From an uncultured Acidobacteriota bacterium (lineage in GTDB: Bacteria > Acidobacteriota > Vicinamibacteria > Marinacidobacterales > SMYC01), in assembly GCA_963815675.1 (NCBI GenBank), contig CAWFHP010000009.1:248235-312234 (forward strand): a stretch of DNA of 64,000 nucleotides, read 5' to 3'. Within the stretch, counting starts at the first letter, position 1, and each line of letters opens with the position of its first letter. Shown here piece by piece: positions 51,411 to 61,902 of the stretch. A model generated the notes under the pieces. It had not been told where the DNA came from and did not search any database. It worked only from the letters and a program-made list of their open reading frames with translations. Position numbers and translations under genes: made by a program.

Positions 51411-52562
51411 ATGCCGGACCGCCGATTCTTCGAGTCGATGGAAGAGACGTCGCTCGCTCCCTATGCCGCCACGAGTGCGAGCTCCCGCGGGCGTCGCTAC
51501 CCCGAGCCCGAGCATCGGTTCCGCACGGCGTTCCAGCGTGACCGCGATCGCGTCGTTCACAGCACCGCGTTTCGACGGCTCGAGTACAAGACGCAGGTGT
51601 TCGTCAATCACGAGGGCGACCATTACCGTACGCGGCTCACCCACTCGCTCGAGGCAGCGCAGCTCGCCCGCACCATGGCGCGTTACCTCAGGCTCAACGA
51701 AGATTTGACCGAGGCCATCACCCTCTCCCACGACCTCGGACATACTCCGTTCGGCCACGCGGGAGAAGACGCCATGAACGCGATGATGGCTGACGATGGA
51801 GGCTTCGAGCACAACCTCCAGTCGCTGCGGATCGTGGACAGCCTCGAGCGCCGCTACCCGGGTTTCCGCGGTCTAAACCTCACCTTTGAGGTGCGGGAAG
51901 GAATTCTGAAACACTCGCCGCGGGCCCTGGAGCATGGTCCGGAGGAGCTTCGCGACGGAACCGCTCCGCCCCTGGAGGCGCAGCTCGTCAATCTGGCGGA
52001 CGAGACCGCTTACACCAACCACGACCTCGATGACGGACTGACATCGGGTCTGCTCGAGCTCGAAGCGCTCGAGGAAGTGGAGCTGTGGCGGCGACACTTT
52101 GGAGAGGCGTCGCGCGTCTATTCGAAAGAGCCCCGAAAGATACGGATTCGAGTCGCCATCCGCGGCATCATCAACGAGCTCACCACGGACCTCATCGAAG
52201 AGACCGAGCGTACCATCGCGACCGAGGGGATCGAGACGATGGACGACGTCCGGCACCACGGCGGGCACCTCGTCCGTTTCACCCAGGAGGGCGCCGAGCT
52301 CCAGGCGGAATTGAAGCGCTTCCTCTTCAAGAATCTCTACCGCCACTACCGCGTCGTGAGAATGGCGGAGAAGGCCAAACGAGTGGTGCGCGAGCTCTTC
52401 ACCGCCTACACCGACAACGCCGGGCAGCTCCCTCCTCACATCGCGGCGCGCATTCCCGAGGATGGCCTTCATCGAGTCGTTTGCGACTACATCGCCGGGA
52501 TGACGGATCGATTCGCGCTCGACGAGCACCGCAAGCTCTTCGATCCGCTCGTGCGGCTGTAG
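51411..52562 (+). CDS. dgt: dGTP triphosphohydrolase-like HD-domain protein (Dgt family)
   Basis: ...RTAFQRDRDRVVHSTAFRRLEYKTQVF...HSLEAAQLARTMA...LSHDLGHTPFGHAGE... HD motif and Dgt-family N-terminal signature. 383 aa from ATG 51411. Confidence 0.8.
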   Translation: MPDRRFFESMEETSLAPYAATSASSRGRRYPEPEHRFRTAFQRDRDRVVHSTAFRRLEYKTQVFVNHEGDHYRTRLTHSLEAAQLARTMARYLRLNEDLTEAITLSHDLGHTPFGHAGEDAMNAMMADDGGFEHNLQSLRIVDSLERRYPGFRGLNLTFEVREGILKHSPRALEHGPEELRDGTAPPLEAQLVNLADETAYTNHDLDDGLTSGLLELEALEEVELWRRHFGEASRVYSKEPRKIRIRVAIRGIINELTTDLIEETERTIATEGIETMDDVRHHGGHLVRFTQEGAELQAELKRFLFKNLYRHYRVVRMAEKAKRVVRELFTAYTDNAGQLPPHIAARIPEDGLHRVVCDYIAGMTDRFALDEHRKLFDPLVRL

Positions 52563-52738
52563 CGGCCCGTAGCGATAAGACCACAGTTTCGTTCGCTTTC
52601 CAGGCGCGAGCCCCGTACGAGCTCGAGACGAACATTGTACTGGAACGATTTAGGTACTGGAACGATTTAGAATCGCGCGACCGGCAAATCCTCTGACATG
52701 GCGCGATTCTTGCACTCCGCAAAGGAAAGGAGAATCGT

Positions 52739-53104
52739 ATGAAAGAAGCGGTCGCGACCGAAAAACGCGAGTACCCCAGGCTCGCCCCGACGATCCTTCG
52801 CGCCGAGGTCGAGCGCGACGGAGCGCGTAGCCAGGGCTACCTCATGAACGTGAGCCTGGGAGGAGCGTTCCTCTCGGTCGAGAACCCGCCGTTGCCCGAA
52901 GCTGCCGTGACGGTCTACGTCACGCTGCCGTGGGGGATGGGAGATTGTGAGCTCGAGGCGCGATCGGTCTGGCTCCAGACCGACGAGGAGGAGCGCGCGA
53001 TCGGCGCCGGGATCTCGTTCGTCGCCGTCTCCGAGGACGCGAAGCAGAGGCTGAGAGGCTATCTCGAGCGCTTCGTCGAGCTCGCGGCCGACATCACCGG
53101 CTGA
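52739..53104 (+). CDS. PilZ domain protein
   Basis: MKEAVATEKREYPRLAP...GYLMNVSLGGAFLSV has the PilZ RxxxR / D-x-S-x-GG pattern. 121 aa. Confidence 0.55.
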   Translation: MKEAVATEKREYPRLAPTILRAEVERDGARSQGYLMNVSLGGAFLSVENPPLPEAAVTVYVTLPWGMGDCELEARSVWLQTDEEERAIGAGISFVAVSEDAKQRLRGYLERFVELAADITG

Positions 53105-53232
53105 CCGCGATTTCTAAGCGGAGCGAGGTCTGGCGGCCGTCTTTCAACGGCTCGATGAAGAGAATGCTGCGCGAGTCGACCGCGCACGGAATACGCGGTC
53201 GAGACCTCGGCTCGCGCGCGACGCCTGCCTCG

Positions 53233-53592
53233 TCAGGAGGCTCGGCGTCGTACTTTTTTCAGCGACTTGCCCTTTCCCAGGTGCTCCAGGAGCTGCAGGA
53301 AGTCGCCCCGAAGAACGTCGCTTTTTCCCAGCTGCCGGAAGGCCGCCAGGAGACGCCGCTCGCGTGGATCGCCGGGAGTAGTCCGACCCCGGTCCTTTTC
53401 GTCCGGAAGGAAATAAGACACCGGGGTATCGAGGGCTTCGGCAATCTTGTGAAGCCAATCGAGCGATATCCGACGGCGTCCCTTCTCGAAGTTGGTGAGA
53501 GCTCCGGGGGAGATCCCGACCATGCGAGCCAAAACTTTTTGACGGATGCGCTTGGACTTGCGGACCTCGCGAATCCGTTCACCTACCTTCAT
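53233..53592 (-). CDS. XRE-family (Cro/C1-type) helix-turn-helix transcriptional regulator
   Basis: Internal start MKVGERIREVRKSKRIRQKVLARMVGISPGALTNFEKGRRRISLDWLHKIAEALDTPVSYFL (ATG comp 53590-53592). Classic HTH_XRE. Confidence 0.65.
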   Translation of the reverse strand: MKVGERIREVRKSKRIRQKVLARMVGISPGALTNFEKGRRRISLDWLHKIAEALDTPVSYFLPDEKDRGRTTPGDPRERRLLAAFRQLGKSDVLRGDFLQLLEHLGKGKSLKKVRRRAS

Positions 53593-53826
53593 TTCAGAGC
53601 CTGCAGTCAATTCTGAGCTTACCTCCACCGGCGCGCGGCGCGACCCCTTGGTCGACGAAACGGGGACCGGTCTATCGAGAACCCCTAAGTCAACGTGAGA
53701 GATTTCCTGATGGGCCATGATCCTTATACCTATGCCTCCCTGGGGAGAACTCAACGCTAGCACAAGCCGTCGCGGAGAACAATAGCTTAACGCACGGTAA
53801 GTGCCCGCGTTGGGGGGCAGGTGAAA

Positions 53827-54435
53827 TCAAGGCTTTTCGGTTGGAGGCGCAGGGGGGCTTTCCGGGTCGATGAACTTCTCCACGCCAGGGGCGCCGATCT
53901 TCTTCGGGACCTGGATCTCGACCATGGGCTTCCACCTCGACGGCCCGACGCGAAGGAAAAGCGCGACATCGACGTCTTCCCACTTGCCGTTTTGAAACAT
54001 ATGGTCCGGGGCGTCCTTCGAGATCACATTGGTGTTGGAGCGCATCGTCAAATCGTCGGAGACGCCGCCCGAAGGGATCGGCTGGTCGGAGACGGAGTAA
54101 AGGAAATCGCTGCCCCAGGGATCATCGGGAAATTTTTCCCGCTTGAAGACCGCCATGGCCTGGATGTATCCCACCGGTCCGGAGCCGCGATTCGCGACCC
54201 GGAACCGCACGACCGGGTGAATGAAGTTGTTCCCTTCGCGATCCTTTCCGCGCACCGCCCAGTAGGCGGCCACGTCTTTCAGCTCGAGCGCATCGACCTT
54301 GGCCTCGCTTTCGGCGTTGCTGCATCCGACGAACGGGAACGAGAGCGCGAGCGCGGCGAGCGCGGCGAGCGCGAGGCCGGCGACGAACCCTTCGTGCGCG
54401 CGAATTTGACAGTAGCGTTGGGTATTCACTAACAT
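53827..54435 (-). CDS. hypothetical lipoprotein (lipobox ...FPFVGC)
   Basis: Only the C-terminal 202 codons of ORF 53827..55536 are plausible: MLVNTQRYCQIRAHEGFVAGLALAALAALALSFPFVGCSN... The upstream part of that ORF is antisense to the ABC ATPase gene. Confidence 0.5.
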   Translation of the reverse strand: MLVNTQRYCQIRAHEGFVAGLALAALAALALSFPFVGCSNAESEAKVDALELKDVAAYWAVRGKDREGNNFIHPVVRFRVANRGSGPVGYIQAMAVFKREKFPDDPWGSDFLYSVSDQPIPSGGVSDDLTMRSNTNVISKDAPDHMFQNGKWEDVDVALFLRVGPSRWKPMVEIQVPKKIGAPGVEKFIDPESPPAPPTEKP

Positions 54436-54579
54436 GCAAACGCTTCCGGCGCGATTATGGTAGCTGCGAAATCTCTCCTGGCAGCAGCCGCGACCGAGTC
54501 GACTCGTATCTGTCGACGCAACCTCTGCGCTACGGCCGCCAGAATTATACTCTACAGGCACAGAGGAGTCTGAACCGTC

Positions 54580-55644
54580 GTGATCGAAGTCTCGGGTATC
54601 ACCAAAGAGTTCGGCCGCTTCACCGCGGTCCGCAATCTCGAGTTCACCGTTCAGAAGGGAGAGGTGCTCGGCTTTCTCGGACCGAACGGCGCGGGCAAGA
54701 CCACGACGATGAGGATCCTCACCGGGTACATCCCACCGACGAGCGGCACGGCACGAGTCGCGGGACACGACGTGATCGCCGAGCCCCTGCTCGCGAAGCG
54801 CAAGATCGGCTATCTTCCGGAAAACCCGCCCCTCTATCCGGAAATGACGGTTACGGATTACCTGGATTTCGTTGCTCGGATCAAGATCAAGGGGGCGACG
54901 AAATCGACCCGCCAGGCGAAAGTCATGGCGTCGATCGAGCGTTGCGCGCTCGAAGAGGTCGAAAAGAAACTCATCGGCAGGCTTTCCAAGGGTTACCGTC
55001 AGCGCGTGGGGCTCGCGCAGGCCCTGGTGCACGACCCCGAGGTCCTGATCCTCGACGAGCCCACCGCCGGTCTCGATCCGAAACAGATCAACGATACCCG
55101 CGAGCTCATCCGCTCTCTCGGTGGGGCCCGCACGATCGTGCTCTCGACCCACATCCTCCCCGAGGTCGCGGTGACTTGCGACCGGGTCGTCATCATCAAC
55201 CGGGGCCGGGTCGTCGCTCAGGGAACGACCGCGAGTCTCACGGAAAGATTCCGGGGTGCCGAGCCGCTCGAGGTGACGGTCGCCGGCTCCGACCAGGACG
55301 CCCGCCGCGTCCTCGTCGCCATCGACGGCGTGCGCACCGTCGAGTCCGTGGGCATCGACGCAGGGGCGACCGTCTTTCGCGTCGACGTCGCGGAAGGAAG
55401 AGACCTCCGAAGCGAGATTTCCTCGCGGATCGTCTCGGCGGGGCTCGGGCTTCTCGGCCTCCATCAGCATGGAATGACGCTCGAGGAAGTCTATTTGCGC
55501 GCGATCTCCTCGGAAGAGATCGCGGAGCATGAGCATGCAGAGGCCGCTCCCCTCGAGCCCGATAAGGCGGATCCGGGCGAGGAAGCCGATGAAGGCGATC
55601 CAGCCGATAAAGCCGATAGAGCCGATAAAGGAGGTGCCGCGTGA
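54580..55644 (+). CDS. ABC transporter ATP-binding protein (ABC-2/gliding-motility GldA-like), acidic repeat tail
   Basis: Walker A GPNGAGKTT, signature LSKGYRQRVGLAQAL, Walker B ILILDEPTAGLD. GTG start. The C-terminus has a D/A/E/K-rich low-complexity tail. Confidence 0.85.
   Translation: MIEVSGITKEFGRFTAVRNLEFTVQKGEVLGFLGPNGAGKTTTMRILTGYIPPTSGTARVAGHDVIAEPLLAKRKIGYLPENPPLYPEMTVTDYLDFVARIKIKGATKSTRQAKVMASIERCALEEVEKKLIGRLSKGYRQRVGLAQALVHDPEVLILDEPTAGLDPKQINDTRELIRSLGGARTIVLSTHILPEVAVTCDRVVIINRGRVVAQGTTASLTERFRGAEPLEVTVAGSDQDARRVLVAIDGVRTVESVGIDAGATVFRVDVAEGRDLRSEISSRIVSAGLGLLGLHQHGMTLEEVYLRAISSEEIAEHEHAEAAPLEPDKADPGEEADEGDPADKADRADKGGAA
55581..55625 (+). repeat. five tandem 9-bp units (nnAGCCGAT) inside the 3' end of the ABC ATPase gene
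   Basis: gaagccgat gaaggcgat ccagccgat aaagccgat agagccgat encodes EADEGDPADKADRAD. Confidence 0.4.
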
Positions 55645-56408
55645 TCGCGAACGTATGGGCCATCGCGCGCCGTGAAGTCCAGAGCTACTTCGCTTCGCCC
55701 GTCGCTTACGTCGTCCTCGCGCTGTTCATCTTCCTCTACGGTTATTTCTTTTCCGACTATCTGTTCGCGTTCCTCGATCGCAGTATGGGACGCGGAGGAA
55801 TGGGCGCACCCGAGGTCCTGAACCTGAACCAGGACCTGATCCGGTGGCTCTTCCAGGTGACGAGCGTCGTCCTGCTCTTCGTGCTGCCGATGCTGACGAT
55901 GCGGACCTTCTCGGAAGAGGTCCGCTCCGGCACGATCGAGCTCCTTCTCACCTCGCCCGTCACCGATTTCCAGATCGTCGCGGGAAAGTTTCTCGGCGCC
56001 GTCGTCCTCTACGTCTCGATGCTCGCCCTCACTTTCCTGCACATGGGCATCCTCTTCTACTTCGGAGATCCGGAATGGAAGCCGCTCGTCGTGGGCTACG
56101 TGGGAATGCTGCTTCTCGGCTCCGCCTTCATCTCCTTCGGGCTCGTCTTCAGCAGCGTGACGCGGAACCAGATCGTAGCAGGATTTCTCTCCTTCGGATG
56201 CTTCCTCTTCCTGTGGCTCATCGAGTACGCCGAGAGCTGGGCCGGACGCGCGTCCGGATTCCTTACCTATCTCTCGATGACCAAGCATCTCGAGGAGTTC
56301 TCCAAAGGCGTCATCGACAGCCGCGACGTCGTCTACTATCTGTCGTTCATCGCGCTCGGCCTGTTTCTGGCGAAGCAATCCGTCGAGTCCTTGAGGTGGC
56401 GCGGTTGA
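55641..56408 (+). CDS. ABC-2 type transporter permease (GldF-like)
   Basis: 255 aa, six hydrophobic helices. Overlaps the ATPase stop by 4 nt. Confidence 0.8.
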   Translation: MIANVWAIARREVQSYFASPVAYVVLALFIFLYGYFFSDYLFAFLDRSMGRGGMGAPEVLNLNQDLIRWLFQVTSVVLLFVLPMLTMRTFSEEVRSGTIELLLTSPVTDFQIVAGKFLGAVVLYVSMLALTFLHMGILFYFGDPEWKPLVVGYVGMLLLGSAFISFGLVFSSVTRNQIVAGFLSFGCFLFLWLIEYAESWAGRASGFLTYLSMTKHLEEFSKGVIDSRDVVYYLSFIALGLFLAKQSVESLRWRG

Positions 56409-56436
56409 GCCTTTCGGGAGGAACGGGGACAACGAC

Positions 56437-58050
56437 GTGAAGCGGCTCAGTCCATACTTCGGCTCGGCGGGACTCGGCTTTCTCGTCGCCGGCGCGCTCC
56501 TCTCGGTGATGCAGCCGGCCCGGGATCGGGTCTGGGCTTCGTTTCTCATCATCGGGCTCGTCCTTCTCCTCGTTTACCTCGTGAGCCACTGGGAGGAGGC
56601 CTCCCGGTTCGCGGGTCGGAGAAGCGCGAAGGAGGGAGCGAACGCCGCGATCCTCGTTCTCGCGGTCATCGGTATCCTCGTCGGCATCAACTACATCGCC
56701 AGTCGGCACGCGAAGCGGTGGGACTTCACCGCCGCCCGGCAGTACACGCTTTCCGACCAAACGACGAAGACCCTCGCCGGGCTCGACCGCGACGTGGAGA
56801 TCGTGCTCCTCGACAACCCCACGTCGTCTCGCGCCATCGCCGCCCGCGATCTGCTGGAGCTCTACGACGATGCCAGCGCCCGGGTACGTTCGACGGTGGT
56901 GGATCCAGACGCCGAGCCCGAGAAGGCCCTTTCCTACCAGGAGCCCGGCGCGCCCGGCCTCACCCTGGGCACGGTGCTCGTCGTCTCGGGAGACAGGAAG
57001 GAACGGGCCACGGCGGCGACCGAGCCCGAGATCACGAACGCTCTGCTCCGCGTTCTCCGCACGGGAAAAAAGAAGATCTATTTCACCGCGGGTCACCAGG
57101 AGAAATCTCTCGACGAAAGCGATGCCAACTCCGGGCTTTCGGTGATGAAGGGCAAGCTCCAGGCGTCCACTTACGATACCGAGACCCTCGTCATCGCCCG
57201 GTCGGTCGAAGGCGGCAAGATGAAAATCCCCGGCGATGCCGGAGCTCTCGTCATCGCCGGACCCAAGACCGACTTCCTCCCCGCGGAGATCCAGGCCATC
57301 GACGAGTACCTGGGCTCGGGGGGTAAGGCCCTGTTTCTCATCGACCCGAAGAATCAGGGACAGACCGACGCCCTTTGCGCCTTTCTCCAGAAAAAGGGAG
57401 TGATCCTGGACGACGACGTCGTCGTCAATCCCCTGAGCCTGCCTCCGCTCTATCCGGTGGTGCGGAGCTACGGGCATCATCCAATCGTGGAGAGCTTCTC
57501 GAACGTCATCAGCATCTTCCCTTTGGTTCGGAGCGTTTCGAGGGCGGAGAACGCACCTGAAGGTATCGAGGTGACACCGCTCTTTTCCTCGGAACCGGAG
57601 AGCTGGGCGGAGACGCGCCTCGACGAGCTCCAGACGCGGCAGGGCCCCGCGCCCGATCAAAAGAAAGGTCCGCTCACTCTCGCGTTCGCGGTGACGATGA
57701 AAGCGAAACCCGATGACGCGGCGACGAAGCCGACCGGCGGAGACGGCGGGGACGCTTCAGACGCCACCGCGAAGAGCCCGCGGGAAGCCCGCCTGGTGGT
57801 GGTCGGCGACTCGGACTTCATCGCGAACGAGCTGGCGTCGGCGCCGGTTCTGAACGCCGACTTGTTTCTGAACATGGTCAATTGGGCGGCCCAGGACGAG
57901 TCGCTCATCTCGATCCGTCCCCGCGAGCCCGAGGATCGGCGCATCTTCCTCACCCCCCAGCAGACGACGAACGTTCTCTTTCTCTCTTTTCTCATCATTC
58001 CGGGATTGATCCTCGTGACCGGTTTTTCCGTTTGGTGGAGCCGACGTTAG
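56437..58050 (+). CDS. ABC-transport auxiliary component (GldG-like, ABC_transp_aux family)
   Basis: 537 aa. N- and C-terminal TM anchors flank a large periplasmic domain. This is the typical third gene of GldA/F/G-type ABC-2 export systems. Confidence 0.7.
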   Translation: MKRLSPYFGSAGLGFLVAGALLSVMQPARDRVWASFLIIGLVLLLVYLVSHWEEASRFAGRRSAKEGANAAILVLAVIGILVGINYIASRHAKRWDFTAARQYTLSDQTTKTLAGLDRDVEIVLLDNPTSSRAIAARDLLELYDDASARVRSTVVDPDAEPEKALSYQEPGAPGLTLGTVLVVSGDRKERATAATEPEITNALLRVLRTGKKKIYFTAGHQEKSLDESDANSGLSVMKGKLQASTYDTETLVIARSVEGGKMKIPGDAGALVIAGPKTDFLPAEIQAIDEYLGSGGKALFLIDPKNQGQTDALCAFLQKKGVILDDDVVVNPLSLPPLYPVVRSYGHHPIVESFSNVISIFPLVRSVSRAENAPEGIEVTPLFSSEPESWAETRLDELQTRQGPAPDQKKGPLTLAFAVTMKAKPDDAATKPTGGDGGDASDATAKSPREARLVVVGDSDFIANELASAPVLNADLFLNMVNWAAQDESLISIRPREPEDRRIFLTPQQTTNVLFLSFLIIPGLILVTGFSVWWSRR

Positions 58051-58051
58051 G

Positions 58052-59507
58052 GTGAAGCGCTCGACCCTCGCCGCCGCCCTTCTCCTCGCAGCGCTCGGGG
58101 CCTACATCTTCTGGTTCGAGCGCGCGCCGAAGGACGACACCGAGGGCGGGGGCGAGCCCGTGTTCACCCTCCAGAAAGACGCGGTCGACCGGATCGAGAT
58201 CCGCGCCAAGGGCAAGGATCCCGTGGTAGTGGAGAAGAAGGACGAGTCGTGGCAACTGACCGCGCCTCGGACGGCGAAAGCGGATCCGAGCGAGATCGAT
58301 CTCCTGCTCCAGAATCTCTCCACCATGCGTTTCGAAGAGATCGGTGGCCAAAGCGCCCGCGGCCAAGCTTGCGGACTTCGGCCTCGACTCACCAGCGATC
58401 GACGTTCGCTTCCGCACCGAGGACGGCAAGGAGAGGACGCTCGATTTCGGCAAGGACGCTCCCACCACCGGCCACCAGTTCGCACGGCGCGACGGAAACG
58501 ACGACATCCTGATCCTGCGCGAGAACCTTTCACTCAACTTCGACAAGAGCGCCTGGGATCTGAGGGACAAGGCGGTGTTCCCTGACATCGAGGCAGGGAG
58601 CGAGAGCGAGGCACGCCGGGTCGAGATTTCGAGACCCGCGGGCAAGCTCGTGCTCGAGAACGACAACGGACTCTGGCACGTCCGGGAGCCACAGCGGGCG
58701 CGAGCCGACCGCTATCGCGTGAGCTCTCTCGTCTCCCGCGTTCGCAACGCCAAGATGAGTGAGATCGTCTCCGAGACCGCGGAAGGAGCGACGGACGACT
58801 ACGGGCTCGACCAGCCCTCGCGCCGGATCGAAATCGAGCTGCCCGAGGAAACCGAGAACCGGGACAAAGCGGACAAGCCCGAAGAGTCGGAACGGAATAC
58901 CAGGCTGCTGGAGCTTTCGATCGGTGCGAAAAAGGGCAGCGATTTCTACGCCAGGACTCCGGCTCGACCGCAGATCTTCCTCGTCGCCTTCGATCTGGTC
59001 GAGGAGCTCGACCGGAAGGTCCGCGATTTCGAGTCGATGAAGCTCTTCGATTTCGAGACCTTCGACGTCGGACGCTTCCGGATCGAGACCGGAGGTGAGA
59101 CCCGCGAGTACGTCGCGAAAAAGAGCGATTCCGGCGGGGAGAAAACCTGGCGGCAGACGTCACCCGAGCCGGGACGCGATCGAGACACCACCGCGGTCGA
59201 GGATTTCCTCTACAAGCTCAACGGGACGACGGCGAAAACGATCATCGACAGTCCCGACCTCGCGAAGCAGGGGCTTTCCGAGCCCGCGTTCGTCGTGACC
59301 GTCTGGTCCAAGGAGCCCGAGATCGAAGAGGTCCTCCGTGTCTCGAAACCCGTGGGCGGCTCCGTGTACGCGATACGGCAGGGCGACTCGGTGGCGCTCG
59401 AGCTCGCATCCGAGGCCTGGAACGGGATCCAATCCCTGATGACGATGGAGCCCAAGAAGGAAAAAGAAGAGAAGAAAGACTCGAAGCCCGAAACTCCCCC
59501 GTCCTAG
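58052..59507 (+). CDS. DUF4340-family protein (signal anchor; usual fourth gene of GldG-type ABC clusters); apparent frameshift near 58350
   Basis: ORF 58052..58585 has the N-terminus MKRSTLAAALLLAALGAYIFWF. ORF 58344..59507 has the remainder, with a K/E-rich tail. The two frames abut. Confidence 0.55.
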
Positions 59508-59519
59508 CGTTCCGACGCG

Positions 59520-60332
59520 CTATCCCTTGTAGAGCTCCCGTGCGCGCTCTCCCGCCTTTACCACCGCCTTGATGAGGGTGACGCGCAGCTTTCCGTCTTC
59601 GAGCTCGAGCAGACCGTCGATGGTGCAGCCGGCGGGAGTCGTGACTTCGTCCTTGAGCAGGGCGGGGTGAGCTCCGCTCTCGAGTACCTGCTTTGCCGCC
59701 CCGAGCGTCGCCTGCGCCGCGAGCAGGGTCGCCACGTCCCGAGGAAGGCCGAGCTTGACGCCTCCCTCGGCGAGCGACTCGAGAATGACGTAGATGAATG
59801 CCGGTCCGCTGGCGGAGAGGCCCGTGACGGCGTCCATGTACTTTTCGTCGAGCACCAGGCTCCGGCCTACGGTCTCGAAGAGGCGCCGCGTGAGATCGAG
59901 GTCGGAATCAGACGCGTGCTTGCCCCGCGAGAGAACCGTCATGCCCGCGCCCACCGAGCAGGGAGTGTTGGGCATCGCCCGCACGACCGGCACCTCCGAG
60001 CCCAGCTCTCGTTCGATGCTCGCGGTGGGAACCGACGCGAGGACGGAGATGACGAGCTTGCTCTTGTTCACCGCGCCCCGGATCTCGTGGCAGACCTCGT
60101 CCATTCCCCGTGGTTTCACCGCGAGAAGAATGACGTCGGCAAAAGCGGCTGCCTCGCGATTGTCGGTGCCGACCGAGAAGGGATGCCGCTCGTCGAGGGC
60201 GGAAGCCCGCTCCGGGTGAAGGACGGTCGCCATGACGTCCTTCGGCGCGAGGAGACCCCGGGAGAGAAATCCGTCCGCGAGGAGACCACCGATCTTGCCC
60301 AGTCCGAGAATGGCCAGTTTCTTGTTCAGCAT
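59520..60332 (-). CDS. proC: pyrroline-5-carboxylate reductase ProC
   Basis: MLNKKLAILGLGKIGGLLADGF... has Rossmann GxGxxG plus the ProC C-terminal dimerisation domain (...AVTGLSASGPAFIYVILESLAEGGVKLGLP...). Confidence 0.9.
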   Translation of the reverse strand: MLNKKLAILGLGKIGGLLADGFLSRGLLAPKDVMATVLHPERASALDERHPFSVGTDNREAAAFADVILLAVKPRGMDEVCHEIRGAVNKSKLVISVLASVPTASIERELGSEVPVVRAMPNTPCSVGAGMTVLSRGKHASDSDLDLTRRLFETVGRSLVLDEKYMDAVTGLSASGPAFIYVILESLAEGGVKLGLPRDVATLLAAQATLGAAKQVLESGAHPALLKDEVTTPAGCTIDGLLELEDGKLRVTLIKAVVKAGERARELYKG

Positions 60333-60586
60333 GAAATCATTCTACGCTCAGCGGGAGGGGCGATGCTCGCCCGAGCGTCCCCTTTCCGAATCGGCTCTCC
60401 GGCGCGTCTCGGGCGCGGCTCAGCTTGTCGCTTCTCTCCCGCGGATCCGGCGCCGAATCGAAGCGTTGAAGCCGCCCTCCGTTCTCACCGAGCTTTCGAC
60501 GCTCGGAAGTGGATCCGCCGGTGCCGAAGCTCGCGGCTCTCGAAGTGCTGGAATCCGCTGGCTGGCGACCGCCGCCTCGAGCTTTC

Positions 60587-61902
60587 CTATCGTTGCGCGC
60601 TGCCTTGGACTTCGTGCAGGCCCTCGCTTGGACTGGATGGCGCCGCGGGTTTCGAAGGGCACCACTCTACGAACGCGCTGCCATGCGCATCGAGCGCCCG
60701 AAGAAGGGTTGCTTTGTCGTGGGCTGGCAACTCCAGCGACTCGAGCAATTCATAGAAAGTGTGGGGGCGAATCGCCTGCGATGGCGCTGCCAGACGCTTC
60801 AAGAAATCGAAGAAGGGCTTCTTGACGGACGGTACGATATCCAGCTTCGCCGGTAGCGCTCCGTTGTGTACGGGCGTTCTCAGGAACATCGCGAGAGCGC
60901 GCAGGAGTGCGAATTCTTTTGTATAGATATCGTTCACGGTCACGACGTTGTTTCGTTCCGGGTTGAGCGACAACGCCGTTCGATAGAGAAACTCCAGCGC
61001 GACGAGGATCCAAGGGAGGAGTGTGACACAGCGGTAGAAGTCTCGCGCCGTGGCAATGGTGAGAGCCCCGCTCACGAGGAAACGTTGACGAACGCTGCAC
61101 GACATCGCGATCAGGATCCGGTTGAGACGTAGCTCCCCGGCCTCGTCGAGGGGAGCGGAGTGCAGACCAAAGAATTCGGCCATCTGTTCGTGCATGCGGC
61201 CGATGGCGGCGCTGTCCAGGGGCGGGTGAAGCGCTCGTCGGTCGCAGTCTGGCGGTAGTTCTTTCTCGGTTTGCTCGGACTGAAAGAGCAAATAGCCTCG
61301 GAAGTCTCCGGGCTCGAAATAGTGGCTCGCCTGATCTCGGATGGATCGGCCGAGTGAGAGCACGCTTTCTCGAAGCGGCGCGAGATTGGTCTCGTGCTGA
61401 TCGCTCGGTTCCCGCTCCATTGTCGCGAGTATCGATTCGGAGAATTCTTCGAGGATGGCCCCGTAGGCGATCTCTTTCGCCGAGGGTCCACTATAGGTTT
61501 TGAGGCCGAGCGTGCACAAGTTGTGCACATCCACCAAAACATGTCTGTCCGCAGGCAAAGAGCTTGTTGATCGGGAAAGAGGCGGCAGAGGAGCGGCTTC
61601 ATTTCCCTGCCCATTTCACGCTCGATGGTGCAAAGATTCTCCCGATCCAGTAAGTAGCAGCCGGACCGGAAATTAGCGACACGAACATCAGATTCCGTTC
61701 CCGCGGCACGGCTGAGAAAAGGGCCGAGCGCGGGATAGACACTCAAAATCTGTACGAGCTCTGCCTGAACTTCAAGGGCAAATCCATTTCCGTTGCAACA
61801 GTTGTCCTGGCACGTCGCGCAGTCATAGGCGAGCAAGCGATCCGGAAATACGAAGTCAATCGTTTTGTGATTCGCCGTTTTCGGCACGCGGCTCCCCTTC
61901 AT
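60587..61902 (-). CDS. CxxCxxCC (YkgJ-like putative Fe-S/Zn-binding) domain fused to a C-terminal domain of unknown function; apparent frameshift near 61540
   Basis: MKGSRVPKTANHKTIDFVFPDRLLAYDCATCQDNCCNGNGFALEV...CYLLDRENLCTIE... (ORF 61111..62289 frame, ATG comp 61900-61902 overlapping the upstream stop as ATGA). Continues in ORF 60587..61558 for about 320 aa with no recognisable motif. Confidence 0.5.

Noticed and set aside
53827-55536. 569-aa minus-strand ORF as a single gene
   Set aside because: Only its last 202 codons (lipoprotein with lipobox) are plausible. The upstream two-thirds run antisense through the well-supported ABC ATPase gene.
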